From: Octopus sinensis
Lineage: Eukaryota
Direction: 5' to 3'
Assembly (NCBI RefSeq): GCF_006345805.1
Contig: NC_043006.1
Span: 73,098,001-73,162,000 of the forward strand
DNA: 64,000 bases
Below the pieces are notes generated by a model. The model saw only the letters and a program-made list of their open reading frames with translations. It was not told the origin of the DNA and did not search any database. Below, one piece after another: positions 28,386 through 42,400 of this stretch (its first letter is position 1; each line of letters opens with the position of its first letter). The translations under genes were made by a program, and so were the position numbers.

Positions 28386-29214
28386 ACACAAATGTAGACT
28401 ATATATATTAGCAATATATCCTGGATATACACCTACCTTATGCACAGGTTTTCCTCAAGCCAACAAAAGAATGTCTGAGGTTGAGATAGATATAATAACC
28501 AAATTTTACTTAATTCCCACACTACCATTATTTGTATTTAAAAAAAAAGCACATAAATATAATCGTCTTATGTTCCTTGCACATGAGGAAAAGATGGGAT
28601 GGTCATGAGTGGAATGCTTTCAATCATATGTCTGCTTGATGACGTGTGACCAATGAATAAATAATAAACAGTTTTAACATTTACCCAACGAGTATGTGTT
28701 AGTTGTGGTACGAACAGTCTTTTTTTTTTTTTTTAACCATACAGAAATCTGATTCTATTAGAAGTTTGAAATGAGAGAAAAAATTTTAAAATGACTATCT
28801 TTTATATATGGGAATAATACCACCGTTCTATTTCATCTTCTTTCAAAGTCCATTGCCATGAACAAGTGCAAATCTTTGTTGTAATAATAACAATAACAAT
28901 AATGGCACAGGAAAGGCACCATTCGAGCGTGATCGTTACCAGCATCGCCTTACTGGCACCTGTGCTGGTGACATGTGTAAAAAGATTCGAGCGAGGTTGT
29001 TGCCAGTACTGCCTGACTGGCCTCTGTGCCGGTGGCATCTAAAAGCACCCACTACACTCTCGGAGTGGTTGGTGTTAGGAAGAGCATCCAGCTGTAGAAA
29101 CTCTGCCAGATCAAGATTGGAGTCTGGTGCAGCCATCTGGTTCACCAGACCTCAGTCAAATCGTCCAACCCATGCTAGCATGGATAGCAGACGTTAAACA
29201 ATGAATAATAATAA

Positions 29215-29500
29215 AATTAATATGAGAGGCACAGAGAAAATAGCAAAGTACCAGGGCCTAGCTACTAAATTACAGAGACTATGGGAAGTGTGGGTAGAAT
29301 GTATCCTAGTAGTTATAGGTGCATTGGGAACTATTCCTAAGGATCTGAACAGGTGGATAGAGGAAATAGGCATAAAACCCAGTTTAGTACAGCCCCAGAA
29401 AACAGTGTTATTAGGGACAGCTAGAATACTTAGGAGGGTTCTTGGCATCTAAGACTACTTGTTGTAGCCCAATGTTAGGATTCTTTTCTTTATATGAAAA
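29215..29500 (+). mobile_element. 3' fragment of an R4-clade RLE LINE
   Basis: EKIAKYQGLATKLQRLW..VVIGALGTIPKDL..QKTVLLGTARILRRVLGI*, the REL C-terminus; preceded by (AAT)n. Confidence 0.82.
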
Positions 29501-29506
29501 TAATAT

Positions 29507-29863
29507 CAAGAGCACTCAGAGAGCGCGAACCTCCAAGGCAACACCAACGTCCCCTCAACGATTAGTCAGAGACGATTTTTAAAATGAGAATATCTGAAAT
29601 AAACTCAAATGCTTTCACAAATGAGAATACTGAAAATGAACCAAAATTCAAAAATTAAGTAAAAAAACAGGAAAAATAATCCAGAATCCTTGTCTGGTAC
29701 AGGGATCGATTCCAAAATTTAATCAGTTTGTGCCAGTCAGGAAGCCAAACATTCTTGAATGTTTCATCCGAATCCATCCAGTAGTTCTTGAGATATCTTG
29801 TCCATGGACAAACAAACATGACTGAAAACAACACCTCCACCTTTGCTAAGGCAGAGGTAGTAA
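29507..29863 (-). mobile_element. Non-autonomous Helentron-type element (second copy)
   Basis: Colinear with 13940-14307, e.g. the shared GCAACACCAAC..TTTTAAAATGAGAATATCTGAAATAAACTC. Confidence 0.65.
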
Positions 29864-31589
29864 TAATAATGGCTTCAAATTTTGCCACAATGCCAGCAAG
29901 TTTGAGGGAGTGGGGGTACTCAACTGGTACATCTTTTATCAACCCTGGAAGGATAAAAGGCAAAGTTAGCTTTGGCGGAATTTGCTCAGAATGTAAAAAG
30001 GGACAAAATGCCACTAAGCATTTTTCCTGGTGTGCTCACGATCCTGCCAGCTCCCTACCAATGAAAATAACCCTTTCTACAATAGGCACAAGGCTTGAAA
30101 TTTTGGAGAAGGGGTTTAGCTGATTACATTGACCCCCAGTGCTGAAATGATGAAAGGCAAAGATGACTTCAGAACCAGTACTAGAGAGGTAAACATGTCC
30201 ACAACAACACTAAAGGGACCACATGACCCTATGTCTCTGCTTGCTGACCAACTGCTTCATTGAGTGTGAGACGATAAAGATGGAAGCATGAATGATAGTG
30301 ATAAGAGAGATGAGTGATAGGGGTACTCAATATTCTGAAATAGGTAGATATGATTGAGGCAATGTGACCAAGGAGACTGCAATGTTATTCAGAAGATAGA
30401 ATGATGGTAGAGCTCCAGGGTGCGAGGGAGAAGTGGAGCAAGAGTATGATGGCAGGCAGTGCAGAAAGGGAGGGTGAAGATACGAGTGAACTGGGTACAA
30501 TTGGTCCATTGTAGTCTACTATACACAGGATTCAAGATGGGCTAGAGAGGTCGAGTGATGAGGGTGGTGCCAAGAGGAATACAAAGTAATCGGGTCTGGT
30601 GTCATTGCAATAAATGAATCTTTTATTTTCATATGTGATGGGAGGTGGTGGTCACTATAACTTTTGAGCAGTTGACACAAGGTCACTGAAGAAGATATTT
30701 TGAAAAGAACCCTTTGTAAACATTTGAAAACCTACTGTCTGAGAATTCATTTGATTTTGGAAGGATTTGGTAATAGAACTAAACTGATCATTTATTTTTT
30801 ACTTGTTTCAGTAAAAAATAAATGAGGCCATGCTAGGGCACTGCTTTGAAGAAGTTTTAGCTGACTGAATTGACCCCAGTACTTTTTTTATATTTTAAAG
30901 TCTGGTACTTATTCTATTGGTCTTTTTTGCTCAACTGCTAAGTTATGGGGACATAAATATACCAACACCAGTTGTCAAGCAGTAGTGGGAGACACACACA
31001 CACACAATGGGCTTCTTTCAGTTTCTGTCTGCTAAATCCACTCACAAGGCTTTATTCAGCCTAAGGATATAAGTAGAAGACAACAGCCCAAGATGTCACA
31101 CAGTGGAACTGAACCCAGAACCATGTGGTTGAGAAGTAAACTTCTTACCACACAAATACACCTTTATTTCATCTAGTTTCAGCTCACGAGCTGTGGCCAT
31201 GCTGGGGCACCGCCATTTCGTATTGCTACATGATTTTACTTCACAAATTTAATTTTCTTTTCTTTTTCTGTTTAGCTCCATGTCAGCCCTGATTGATAAG
31301 ATCTATGACCAAAGGTGTGTCATTAGTGGGATACAATATCTTCATTGGGATCTCCAGCCCACAAAGATCAAGTTTCACAGATGTAGAAAAGAATTCAATG
31401 GACTTGGACTGAAACATTGATATTTTTGCCTTCCGTCTTACCCCTTTTCTGTGTGTTAGGTGTCAACCGCACAAAGACAGTATGGAGTTCACTAACATAC
31501 ACCTATTTGCCATACTATAATTAACTGGTTAGCAGGAAGGATGACGTCACAGGCTGATTCATCTACTTCTTGTAGCATTAATTAACTCA

Positions 31590-31735
31590 TATTTGTTCCT
31601 CTGGTTTTGGTGCATTGACTTTCATGCCATCTTCCCTCGAAGCATTCACAGACTGTGCCATCCCCTCTACATTAGCTAATGTCCTGCTATTTCTGGCAAG
31701 TGATTGCATGCAAGTATCCTTTGTTGGTTTGCATA
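31590..31735 (-). pseudogene. Possible decayed LINE RT fragment
   Basis: LANVEGMAQSVNASREDGMKVNAPK resembles the segment after YADD (L..V...S...GM.VN..K); similarity is weak. Confidence 0.3.
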
Positions 31736-31752
31736 CCTTATTGATAGATATA

Positions 31753-31953
31753 CAGGGTGTCTATAAATTATCTGTACAACTAACACAATTTATTGCATCT
31801 ATTTACAGCATGCAACCAATGGAGCCCCCTGGAAGAGTTCTGAAGTTTCTAATAATGTTTGTCTATGTTTTCCAATAAACTCTGCTGAGCTATCCTTATT
31901 TTTCACTTTTTCATAAATTTTCCAAATTGTAAAGGTAATTTATGGACACCCTA
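31753..31953. mobile_element. Tc1/mariner-type MITE
   Basis: TA|CAGGGTGTCTATAAATTA..TAATTTATGGACACCCTA inverted termini. Confidence 0.7.
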
Positions 31954-31975
31954 TGTGTGTGTGTGTGTACATATA

Positions 31976-32006
<31 letters not shown>

Positions 32007-33687
32007 CATCATCATCATCATCATCATTTAGCGTCCGTTTTCCATGCTAGCATGGGTTGGACGGTTCAACTGGGGTCTGGAGAGCCCGAAGGCTGTACCA
32101 GGCCAGTCAGATCTGGCAGTGTTTCTACAGCTGGATGCCCTTCCTAACGCCAACCACTCCGAGAGTGTAGTGGGTGATTTTATGTGCCACCGACACAGGT
32201 GCCAGACGAGGCTGGCGAACGGCCACGCTCGGATGGTGTTTTTATGTGCCACCGACACAGGTGCCAGACGAGGCTGGCAGACGGCCACGCTCGGATGGTG
32301 TTTTTATGTGCCACCGACACAGGTGCCAGATGAGGCTGGCGGACGGCCACGATCGGATGGTGTTTGTTACGTCCCCAAAGCACGGAGGCCAGTCTATGCG
32401 GTACTGGCTACGGCCACGTTCGGATGATTTTCTTGTGTGCCACTGGCACTGGTACCACAAAGATACAAATTCCATTGATGTTCATCTATTTTGATTTGTT
32501 TTGATTTGATTTTCACTTGCCTCAACAGGTCTTCACAAGTGTCACAAGAAGGAAGGTATGCACAGGTGGACTGACTACGTCCCAGGTAGGGGCCACGAGT
32601 TATGGCCTGACTAGTCTTGCCGGGTCTTCGGATGGTGTTTTTATGTGCCACCGACACAGGTGCCAGATGAGGCTGGCGAACGGCCACGATCGGATGGTGT
32701 TTGTTATGTGCCCACGTCACAGAGGCCAGTCGATGCGGTACTGGCTACGACCACGTTCGGATGGTTTTCTTGTGTGCCAACGGTACTGGTACCACAAAGA
32801 TACAAATTCCATTGATGTTCATCTATTTTGATTTGGTTTGATTTGATTTGATTTGATTTTCACTTGCCTCAACAGGTCTACACAAGTGTCACACACTTGC
32901 CTCAACAGGTCTTCACAAGTGTCATAAGTAGGTGTCACACACTTGCCTCAACAGGTCTTCACAAGTGTCATAAGTAGGAGGTATGCACAGGTGGACTGAC
33001 TATGTCGCCGGGTCTTCGGATGGTGTTTTTATGTGCCACCGACACAGGTGCCAGATGAGGCTGGCGAACGGCCACGATCAGATGGTGTTTGTTGTGCCCA
33101 CAGCACGGAGGCCAGTCGATGCGGTACTGGCTACGGCCACGTTCGGATGGTTTTCTTGTGTGCCACCGGTACTGGAACCACAAAGATACAAATTCCATTG
33201 ATGTTCATCTATTTTGATTTGGTTTGATTTTCACTTGCCTCAACAGGTCTTATATATATATATATATATAATGGGACAAGAACGCAAAACATCTGGACAA
33301 CTAGGTGATACAAAAAGGGACAACAAAACATCCAGATAGATGATACAAAAAAAACAAGGACAGGTCATTCGAAGCTTTCTATCCTCAGTCAAGAACTAGA
33401 TCATCTTCGCAATTCCGGGTCTATAACTTTGAAAAATTCTTAGATTAAAAATGATGTTAGATGGTTGTTTATGTATTATAGAACTAAAAGTAGACGGAGG
33501 TGAGTTGGTATCAAAAGTGCTATACAAATTAAAATATCTCTAAGAGCCTTGAGAAACATAAATAGCACTTTGCTTGATGAAACATAATTTTACTCCTGGA
33601 TGAAGCAGCTCAACTTTTCTTGCATCTGTTCCTAACTTTCAAGTTAGAGGTGCCAAATATATAATTTGAAACTGACTTATTGGAAGT

Positions 33688-33730
33688 CCACCTGAAGATT
33701 GTCGATCAAGACAAGAAACAATTGTAGTGG
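33688..33730 (+). ncRNA. Minimal type I hammerhead ribozyme motif (Penelope-type)
   Basis: CCAC-CTGAAGA-TTGTC gatcaa GACAA-GAAA-CAATTG-TA-GTGG: 4-bp stem I, intact core, 5-bp stem II, palindromic CAATTG stem III and GUA cleavage triplet. Confidence 0.7.
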
Positions 33731-34138
33731 CGGTTTTTTTGACTATTTATTAAAATTTTATGTATTGATTAAGTCTTTCCTTGTTTGTTTTGCAAAATAG
33801 TGGTTTTGTCTCTAATAATATTTTATATATATATATATATATATGCGATGGGCTTCTTTCTGTTTCTCTCTGCCAAATCATCTACTCACAAGGCTTTGGT
33901 CAGCCTGGGGCTAAAATATAAGACACTTGACAAAGATGCTATGCAGTGGGATTGAACCAAAAATCATGTAGTTGTAAAAACAAACTTCTCAATCACACCT
34001 GTTAATAACTTTGTTATGTAATGTATATCGATCCCATTTATATATATATATATATGTAATGTATATTGACCCCATATGTAATTTAATTGTTCATTTTGAA
34101 TTGATAAAAGGTGGGTTTTTTTCTAATTTATATATATA

Positions 34139-34520
34139 CTAGCAGTATCGCCCGGCGTTGCTTGGGTTTGTAAGGGAAATAACTATATAAGCATTTTTAG
34201 AAAGTTATAGCCAAAAAATAGCAAAAAAATGCATTAAAAATGGAAAAAAAGTGATGGTAAATTTTTTTTTTATCATTGACTCATCGTAGACATTTGTAGA
34301 GAGTTACTTCCCTTATATAATAGCGAAAAAATGCATTAAATTGGAAAAAGATGATGGTAACTTTTTAAATCGTAGACGCGCGCTAATACCCAGAAGGGCT
34401 CGATATGAATCACGACTATAAGATACCCGGTTTTGGTTAAACTGCACCGCAAAATGTGGGAGTAGTTAGGAATCTAAATCGTAGGAGACAGACACACAAC
34501 CTTACTTTTATATATAAAGA
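34139..34520 (-). mobile_element. Non-autonomous Helitron
   Basis: The minus strand starts TC (A|TCTTTATATATAAAAG) and ends with a GC-rich imperfect hairpin then CTAG|T; inserted at an AT dinucleotide; internal tandem sub-repeat. Confidence 0.8.
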
Positions 34521-34822
34521 TATTATATTGTGTGAAATTTGATTTAGTATTTCTAAATTGAATTTTTTCCCTGTAAGTTAGGATTAATATTCCCTCAAAT
34601 AATAATAATTATATATATGTGATGGGCTTCTTTCTGTTTCTCTCTGCCAAATCATCTACTCACAAGGCTTTGGTCAGCCTGGGGCTAAAATATAAGACAC
34701 TTGACAAAGATGCTATGCAGTGGGATTGAACCAAAAATCATGTAGTTGTAAAAACAAACTTCTCAATCACACCTGTTAATAACTTTGTTATGTAATGTAT
34801 ACTGACCCCATTATTGATTTAC

Positions 34823-37006
34823 CTTGGCCTACATTATGAATAGGGTTTTTTGGAACAATTGACCCTATTTGGTTCAAAAAATCTAGTTTATGCTTCAATC
34901 TGGTCAGCAAAACCAAACAGGACTGTCACCGCTGTTCTACATGAACTGAAGAACACACAATTGTCATGTATATATTAACCCAGAAATGCACAATGTAACA
35001 TTTCACAACGGGGGGGGGTTTTGGACTTGAGACCTATGAATTGGTGGTCTGCAGAAATTAAGAACTATTAATTGTCTCATTCGATAGATGTATGCGTATG
35101 TATGTATGAATAATTGAGCTGGTTATTGTATTCGGAGTAAACATAACGAATGAAAACAGAATCAAAGTTTACGTAAACAACTGGATACAAAGAGAAGAAT
35201 TCATTGGGAAAACAAAATATAATAAAAGGAGAGGACAGACATCTGTCTATATGATACTACACACACACACGCACACAATCAACAGCATCATTATACTGGG
35301 TTACATCTAAGTTTTGCAGACAACTGCTGTTTTCAACTGGCACAGATATCACTTGTGAGGGAAAAAAAAAAAGGTCATTAATTATGAATGAATATTATTA
35401 CTGACAAAGGTGAAGAAGAAGATGACAGGGAAGAAGGAGGAGGTGACAGAGGAAGAGGAGAAGGAGGAATAAGGGGAGGTAAAGAATATTTAAATTGATG
35501 AAACAAAAAAAAAATATATATTTTTAAAGGTTTAGCAATCCATGAAATTTGATAGAACATATATTACAATAGTACCTAATAATAATAATAATGATGACAT
35601 GGCAGTCATCTGACTGGATTTGTGCATACATGCCAAGAGGTTAGGGTGGTGGTAGTAGTGATATCAATGATGGTAGAGAGTAGTGGCAGAGAGTCAGGGG
35701 AAGAGGCGGGGTTCAAGCAAACACATTCTTAGAGAAAGAGAGAGACAAACAACTCAACAGTGTCATAATGTATTGGCTCCATCTGGTCGGTTCTGAGAAG
35801 AACAAAGAAGTCTACTATGATGTGTTGTGTACTATTAATATTATAATAAGAAAGTGCAGAGGTTTTATATATATATATACATACACACACATAAATAAAT
35901 ATATATAATTCATTATGCACTCTAAAAAGCACCTGTGCTGGTGTCGTGTGAAAACCATTAGTGCTGGTGCTATATAAAAAGCAGCCAGTACATTCTGTAT
36001 AGTGGTTGGCATTAGGAAGGGCATCCAACCATAGAAACTGTGTCAAAACTGATGATTGGAGCTTGATGCAGCTCTTTGGCTCAACAGCTCATGTCAAACT
36101 GTCTAATCCATGCAAGCATGGAAAACAGATGTTAAATGATGATGATGATCATCATCATTATCATCGTTTAACGTCCGCTTTCCATGCTAGCATGGGTTGG
36201 ACGATTTTGACTGAGGGCTGGCGAACCAGGTGGTTGCACCAGGCTCCAATCTTGATTTGGCAGCCTGGCATATATAATGAATCCCAGCCCCCCCAAAAAA
36301 CAAAGAAAAAACACAAGAAAAAACAAAATGCGAGGATGTAGTACATGCGAAGAATAAACAGATGCTCAGGGAAGGAAAGAAAGGTAGTTTTACATTTTGA
36401 GCAAAGCTCTTCTTCAGAAACAGGAGACAGAAGATGGAGGGAAAAAAATGATCCACATGTGGTTGAGGGTATAGGGGTGTGGTTAAGAAGTGCTCTTTAC
36501 AGCCATGTCAGGTTCAAGCCTTCTGTGAGGCACCTTAGGCAAGTGTCTTCTAATAATGCTTTGTGACTGGAATTAATCAATGGAAACTGAAGAATGGACA
36601 ACTGTGAGTGTGTGTATGTGAGATCATAATTTTAATGTCCACTTTTTCGAATGCTTGCCTGGGTCAGACAGAGTTTACTGAGGCAGATTTTCTACAGCCA
36701 GATGTCCTTCATGTAATCAATCCTCAACTGTTTCCAAGCAAGGTGAAGCATTTCGTTGGGAAGTAAGATTTTTACCACACAGCCACGTCCGTTTACATAT
36801 ATCTATGTGTGTGTATGTACACAATATGCTTCTTTATGTTCCCCCACCCTCTACTAAATCTATTCACAAGGCTTTGGTTAGCCTGGTATTATAGTAGAAG
36901 ACGTTTGCTCAAGTTGCCACACAGTTGTACTGAACTTGAAACCCTGTAGTTGGGAAGCACACTTTTTAACCAAAGAGTCATGCCTAGACCTGGCAAATGA
37001 GAAAAC

Positions 37007-37037
<31 letters not shown>

Positions 37038-39488
37038 AGAGAAGTGAAAAAGAAATACTAGTCTACTTTTGAAGTTCAACAATCCTTTATAAACTATTCA
37101 ACACTATTACTGAAAGAGTTGAATTACATGGGGCCATTATAAGAAGTTAAAATGGAATATCAATTAAATGTACTTCATAAAATCATAAAAATAATATGAA
37201 AAAGGCGCAAGTGTGACTGTGTGGTAAGTAGCTTGCTTGTGAACCACATGGTTCCGGGTTCATTCCCACTGCGTGGCACCTTGGGCAAGTGTCTTCTACT
37301 GTAGCCTCGGGCCAACCAAAGCCTTGTGAGTGGATTTGGTAGACGGAAACTGAAAGAAGCCCGTCGTATATATGAATATATATATGTATGTGTGTGTATA
37401 TGTTTGTCCCCTCAACATCGCTTGACAACCGATGGCGGTGTGCTTACGTCCCCGTAACTTAGCGGTTCGGCAAAAGAGACCGATTGAATAAGTACTAGGC
37501 TTACAAAGACTAAGTCCTAGGGTTGATTTGCTCAACTAAAGGCAGTGCTTCGATAGAATAAGTACTACGCTTCCAAAGAATAAGTCCTTGGGTCGATTTG
37601 CTCGACTAAAGGCAGTGCTCCAGCATGGCCACAGTCAAATGACTGAAACAAGTAAAAGAGAGTATGGAACATAAGAGAGTGTGGGGATAGACGAAATCAA
37701 GAGTAAAACCTTTTGATACAAGTCCATCTGAGACTCCATCAGGTTCTATGCTACACAATTTGTTAATCTCAAATCTTTTTATCGTTTACTTGTTTCTGTC
37801 ATTAGATTGTGGCCATGCTTAGGCACTGCCTTAAAGAATTTTTTATCAAATGAATTGACACTTATTACTTATTTATTCTTTCAAAGCATAGTACTTATTC
37901 TATCGCTATCTTTTGCTGAACTGCTAAGTTACAGGGATGTAAACACACCAATACCAGTTGTCAAGCGATGGTGGGGTACAAATACAGACACAAAAACATA
38001 CTCATATGACATCTTTCAGCAAGCAAGAAAGTCACTTAGTGGTTTTTTTCCTCTTAGTTACTCACACTTATATATATACATACACACACACACGGCAGGC
38101 TTATGTAAGGCTTTGGTCGGTTTGAGGCTATAGTAGAAGTCACTTGCCAAGGTGCCCTGCAGTGAGACTGAACCCGGAATCATGGGGTTAGGAAGTAAAC
38201 TTCTTACCACACAGCCATACCTGCGTCTCTCAAAGAGCAACTTATTTTTTTTAATTTACGCACAAGACGAGTAATTTTGAGGGGGTGAGGGTCGTTAGAT
38301 GATTGCATGGACCTCAGGATTTGATAGGTACTTTCTTTCATTGTTCCCAACCCTCTGACAATTCTGGGATCTTTTCGGTTTGAACAGCAGTTTTTTCTAG
38401 CGGTGTCATATGAAATTGTCACCCATAATTATGACCCTAGTATCGATCTATTGCATTTCAATCTGTTTTAGGGTTAGAGGTGGGGGGAAGGGTATCTTTT
38501 TTTTCTTCAGAAATGTAAATAAACCCAATCTGTTTCTTAAACGAGGGACATATTCATACGGCACAGAATATTTTCACCTCAACAGACGTCATTGATTGGT
38601 TGAAATCGCAGAAATTGAAGAAAATAAACAACAAATATCTTACAAACTATAGAATTTTCTCAATAAAACCAAGAGAAAAAGATGTTTTATAAACACATTC
38701 TACTAGTATACGAAGTTTAAAAGTGTTTAATTACGTGAAAATTATTTTAAAAAACTGCCGGTCAAACCGAAAAGATCCCAATTCTGCTAATTTGCAACCT
38801 GAAACCAGCTAAATTATGGAAAATAAAAAAGTTTATTTATAAGACAGTATGATCATATCTGGAACGCTTTTTATCATGTGCCAGCTCAAACCATGACTGA
38901 CCTGGGGCTTAACATCGGCAACAATAACGCCACAATTGTTGTTTAGTCTTAGGATAGACAACATTCAAGCAGACCCGTGCTGAAAGGCGTCCAGACATGA
39001 CCAACCTATCGGGTTTTTTCTTGAGTTTTTTTTTTTTTTGTAGATATATCTCCGACTACATTCGTCATTGTTACTTATCTTTACTCAAATCAGAATGGTA
39101 TAAATTAGAGAGAGAATTTGGCTGTTATTTCTAGCAGATAGTGTGGTTACGTAGAGGTTTAATTTGTTGGTTCCATACATGGAGAAGATAAAAGAGTCAA
39201 CGAATTAAACCAATCTATATTACGCCTCCCGAATAAGCCATAATACAAAAAATTTGCCACACTCACACACACTCAAGATATTTCTAAATTCTGGAGGTTT
39301 CATGTCAGACTGAGAACAACAAAAGCAGTTAGGTAGACGGTTTGTTTCTATTATAAAACTTCGTGTCTTCAAGAACGTTAGCCTTTTCTTTCTTTTCTTT
39401 TTCTTTCCCACAACGCATTTAATATGTAAGGCGGCGGCGACGGTGGTAACAGAACTGAAAATTACCTAGCGCACAATACTATAAACAT
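34823..39488 (-). CDS. Tentative first coding exons of the same minus-strand gene: 39488-39466 and 34899-34823
   Basis: ATG at 39488; donor TAG|gtaatt; acceptor ttggttttgctgaccag|; donor AAG|gtaaat. Phases match and give MFIVLCARLKHKLDFLNQIGSIVPKNPIHNVGQ. Exon 1 sits at the edge of a CpG-retaining zone. Confidence 0.3.
38367..38778. mobile_element. MITE with GGATCTTTTC TIRs and 8-bp TSD (Merlin-like), 412 bp
   Basis: TIR GGATCTTTTCGGTTTGAAC / GTCAAACCGAAAAGATCC; TSD CAATTCTG on both sides. Confidence 0.88.
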
Positions 39489-42400
39489 TGATTCATTCCT
39501 TATTTCTTACGGGACCTTATAACGGAAACACAAAACGTGTAATTAAGAAAGACTCATTTTGTTAGCAATGTTGGCACCTCTAACGGTTTATGGCCAATTC
39601 AATTTAAAACTACCGTAAATACATACACACATACACAAAACATATATAGAGCAAGGAAAAGAGAAGTTAATCGTTGTATAACTTAGAATGAAAGTCATCG
39701 TTTAAGTTTTTCTTTTTAACCAAGGGGTTGGGGAACTTTTTTAACTAATTACCCCAAAATATATTTATTAACGCTGACGTTACCGTCTTGATTTGAAAAG
39801 GGGGGGTCACAGATTCTTTGAGTTCAAAAGGTTTATTGATAGGACACGTTTTATTATATAATTTCACTTGAGTGGCTGTGTGCTAAGTAGCTTGCTTACA
39901 AACCACATGGTTCCGGGTTCAGTCCCACTGCGTGGCACCTTGGGCAAGTGTCTTCTACTATAGCCTCGGGCCGACCAAAGCCTTGTGAGTGGATTTGGTG
40001 GACGGAAACTGAAAGAAGCTCGTCGTATATATATATATATATGTATGTATGTGTATGCTTGTCCCCCCAACATCGCTTGACAACCGATGCTGGTGTGTTT
40101 ACGTCCCCGTAACTTAGCGGTTCGGCAAAGCAGACCGATAGAATAAGTACTAGGCTTCCAAAGAATAAATCCTGGGGGTCGATTTGCTCGACTAAAGGCG
40201 GTGCTCCAGCACGGGCGCAGTCAAATGACTGAAACATGTAAAAGAGTAAAGAGTCTAATGAGTCCTCGTTAACTCCAAGAATTTCATTTCTACCCCACTT
40301 CGGGTAATTTATCAGGGTTCGCCGACCACTCTTTGCCATGTCCTATGTATCACATGTAATAAACAGGACATATTTCCTTGTGTCCGTCCATCATAGGATA
40401 CAAATTTCCAATTTTTTTCCAACCACCAGAGTAATTTGGGACTTATGAATGGAAAGATTTATTTTAAGAATGTACGAAGCAAAGGCTTAACTAGAAGTCT
40501 GACAACATGCATGACGAACTTGTGAAAATGCTTTGAGCAGGCAGAAGCTTAATCAAAGAGTCAATTAGACTTAAGTACTCAATGACTAAAGGTTCAATCA
40601 AAAATACTGTTGAACCTTGTGTAACAATATTTTATTTAACTTTGGGGCAGCTTGTTGACAGACTCGTTGAAGTGTCGGATAAAATACTTGGCGTTTTCTC
40701 ACTGTCTGCACTGTGTTCAAATCCTGTAGAGGTTACCTTTCATCTTTTCGGTGAAGGTGGGAGGGAGGCATTAAAAAAAAAAAGGCACCAATTTAGAGAG
40801 GTGTAAGAACGTCCACTTGATGCATTGCGGTATTTGATCCGGATCTTTTGCGTGCTGTGGCAGACTTAATCCCTCGCTCGGTTTAACACCACATAGCATC
40901 TTGTATGCTTTAAAGCGGAGTCCACTTTGCTGCAGAATTAGACCCCACCCCTTCTACCAGTCTCGCAAGCTCTAACGGGTCATGGGCATTGCCTTCTCTC
41001 TTGACATAAAAAGTTTACAATGAAGTCACATCACTTATCTCTTAATAGTGACATTTTGTAAATTTTAATTCACTTCCTCTCAGTTTCTCTGTGTATAAAT
41101 AACGTGCCGTTATAATTTTACCTAAAGCCTTTACATTCTGAGTTCGATTCTCGCCAGAGTAGATAAAATAAAGTAACAGTCAAGTACAGGACTCGATAAT
41201 ACTAACACCAGTACTTACCTACTCTCAAAACTGCTGCAATGGTGCCCAAATTAGAAACAATTAATTTAAATAAAACTTGATATTTACTTGCTAGTCGACG
41301 TTGAGATGTTTAGATTATTACCCGTAGAAGACGACATGGTTAATTTATGTACGCTAACACCCAAATACATATAGGACTGTTACTTAAGCAACAGATGCAC
41401 AAAACTTTAAATATTTTCTCATGGTACAACACCTTATAATATAATGTGAATTGGTTTTGTGGTCTGGCGTTGAAGATGTGATTATATTAATTTAAACTTA
41501 TTTATGCAAGCAGGTTTTACTCAACGACATATGATTACAAGAAACTACACACAAAGTATTTCTTACCTGCTTAAACACCCCGATTTGTTTTAACGAGTGT
41601 GGTAGTGGTGATTAATATTAACGCTGTTTATAGATACACTGCGATTCGTTCAGCAGATCTTAATATGAACGAAAAATTATATTGTGTGACGATTTTAATG
41701 CATCGAAAAAGAAAGTTGAACGGCAAGTCTTGTTCTTAATTAGCATCCGACAAAAGTGAAGTCAACCCATTCACTGTGGGCATTCATTTTAAGCAAAATA
41801 ATTGGTTTAAATGTAAAGTTCATTGATCAACCTTAAACACCCAGCCACTCGTGAAAATTGAAAGAAGTACAAAAATACATTAATAAAGCATTTAGCGCAG
41901 ACCCCGAAAATGCGAAACCCTTGGCGTATGCTCTTCGTGCTGCTGGGTTAATAATCTAGCACTGTGTGTAATAAGAGTTAAGACACTAAAACTAATGATC
42001 ATAATCATGTATTCCCTTTACAACATGCCCCAGCTTGAAATTGTAGGCAATTGGAGAGAAAGGGAACCGAATGAAATGGCTGCGAAGGAAATTTCAGAAC
42101 CCCACTCAACGCGCAAACCAAGTTAGGTTGGAAAATAATATTTAATTAGTAATTAAAAACTTCTCAATAGGAAGCAGTAATTACCAGAAATGGTCTTTTT
42201 TTTCACTTTTCGACAAGTTCGAATTTTTTATGTAACTTTAATTATTTATTATTATTATTATTATTATTCACTCGAAGAAAGGGACGGTAATGGAATGATG
42301 TAATAAAAAATGTGTTATGTGTGTATTAATGTTATCATCGTGTAGACAGTAAAACCAGACAATAGTAAAATTAATATAAAGGTCAAATTAACGACTTTTC

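Noticed and set aside
32170-33180. CRISPR-like repeat-spacer array
   Set aside because: The spacers are homologous to each other, the context is a eukaryotic retroposon, and there are no cas genes.
33355-33405. Possible fourth hammerhead on the minus strand (CTGAGGA..CGAAT)
   Set aside because: GAAA is broken and stems I and II do not pair convincingly.
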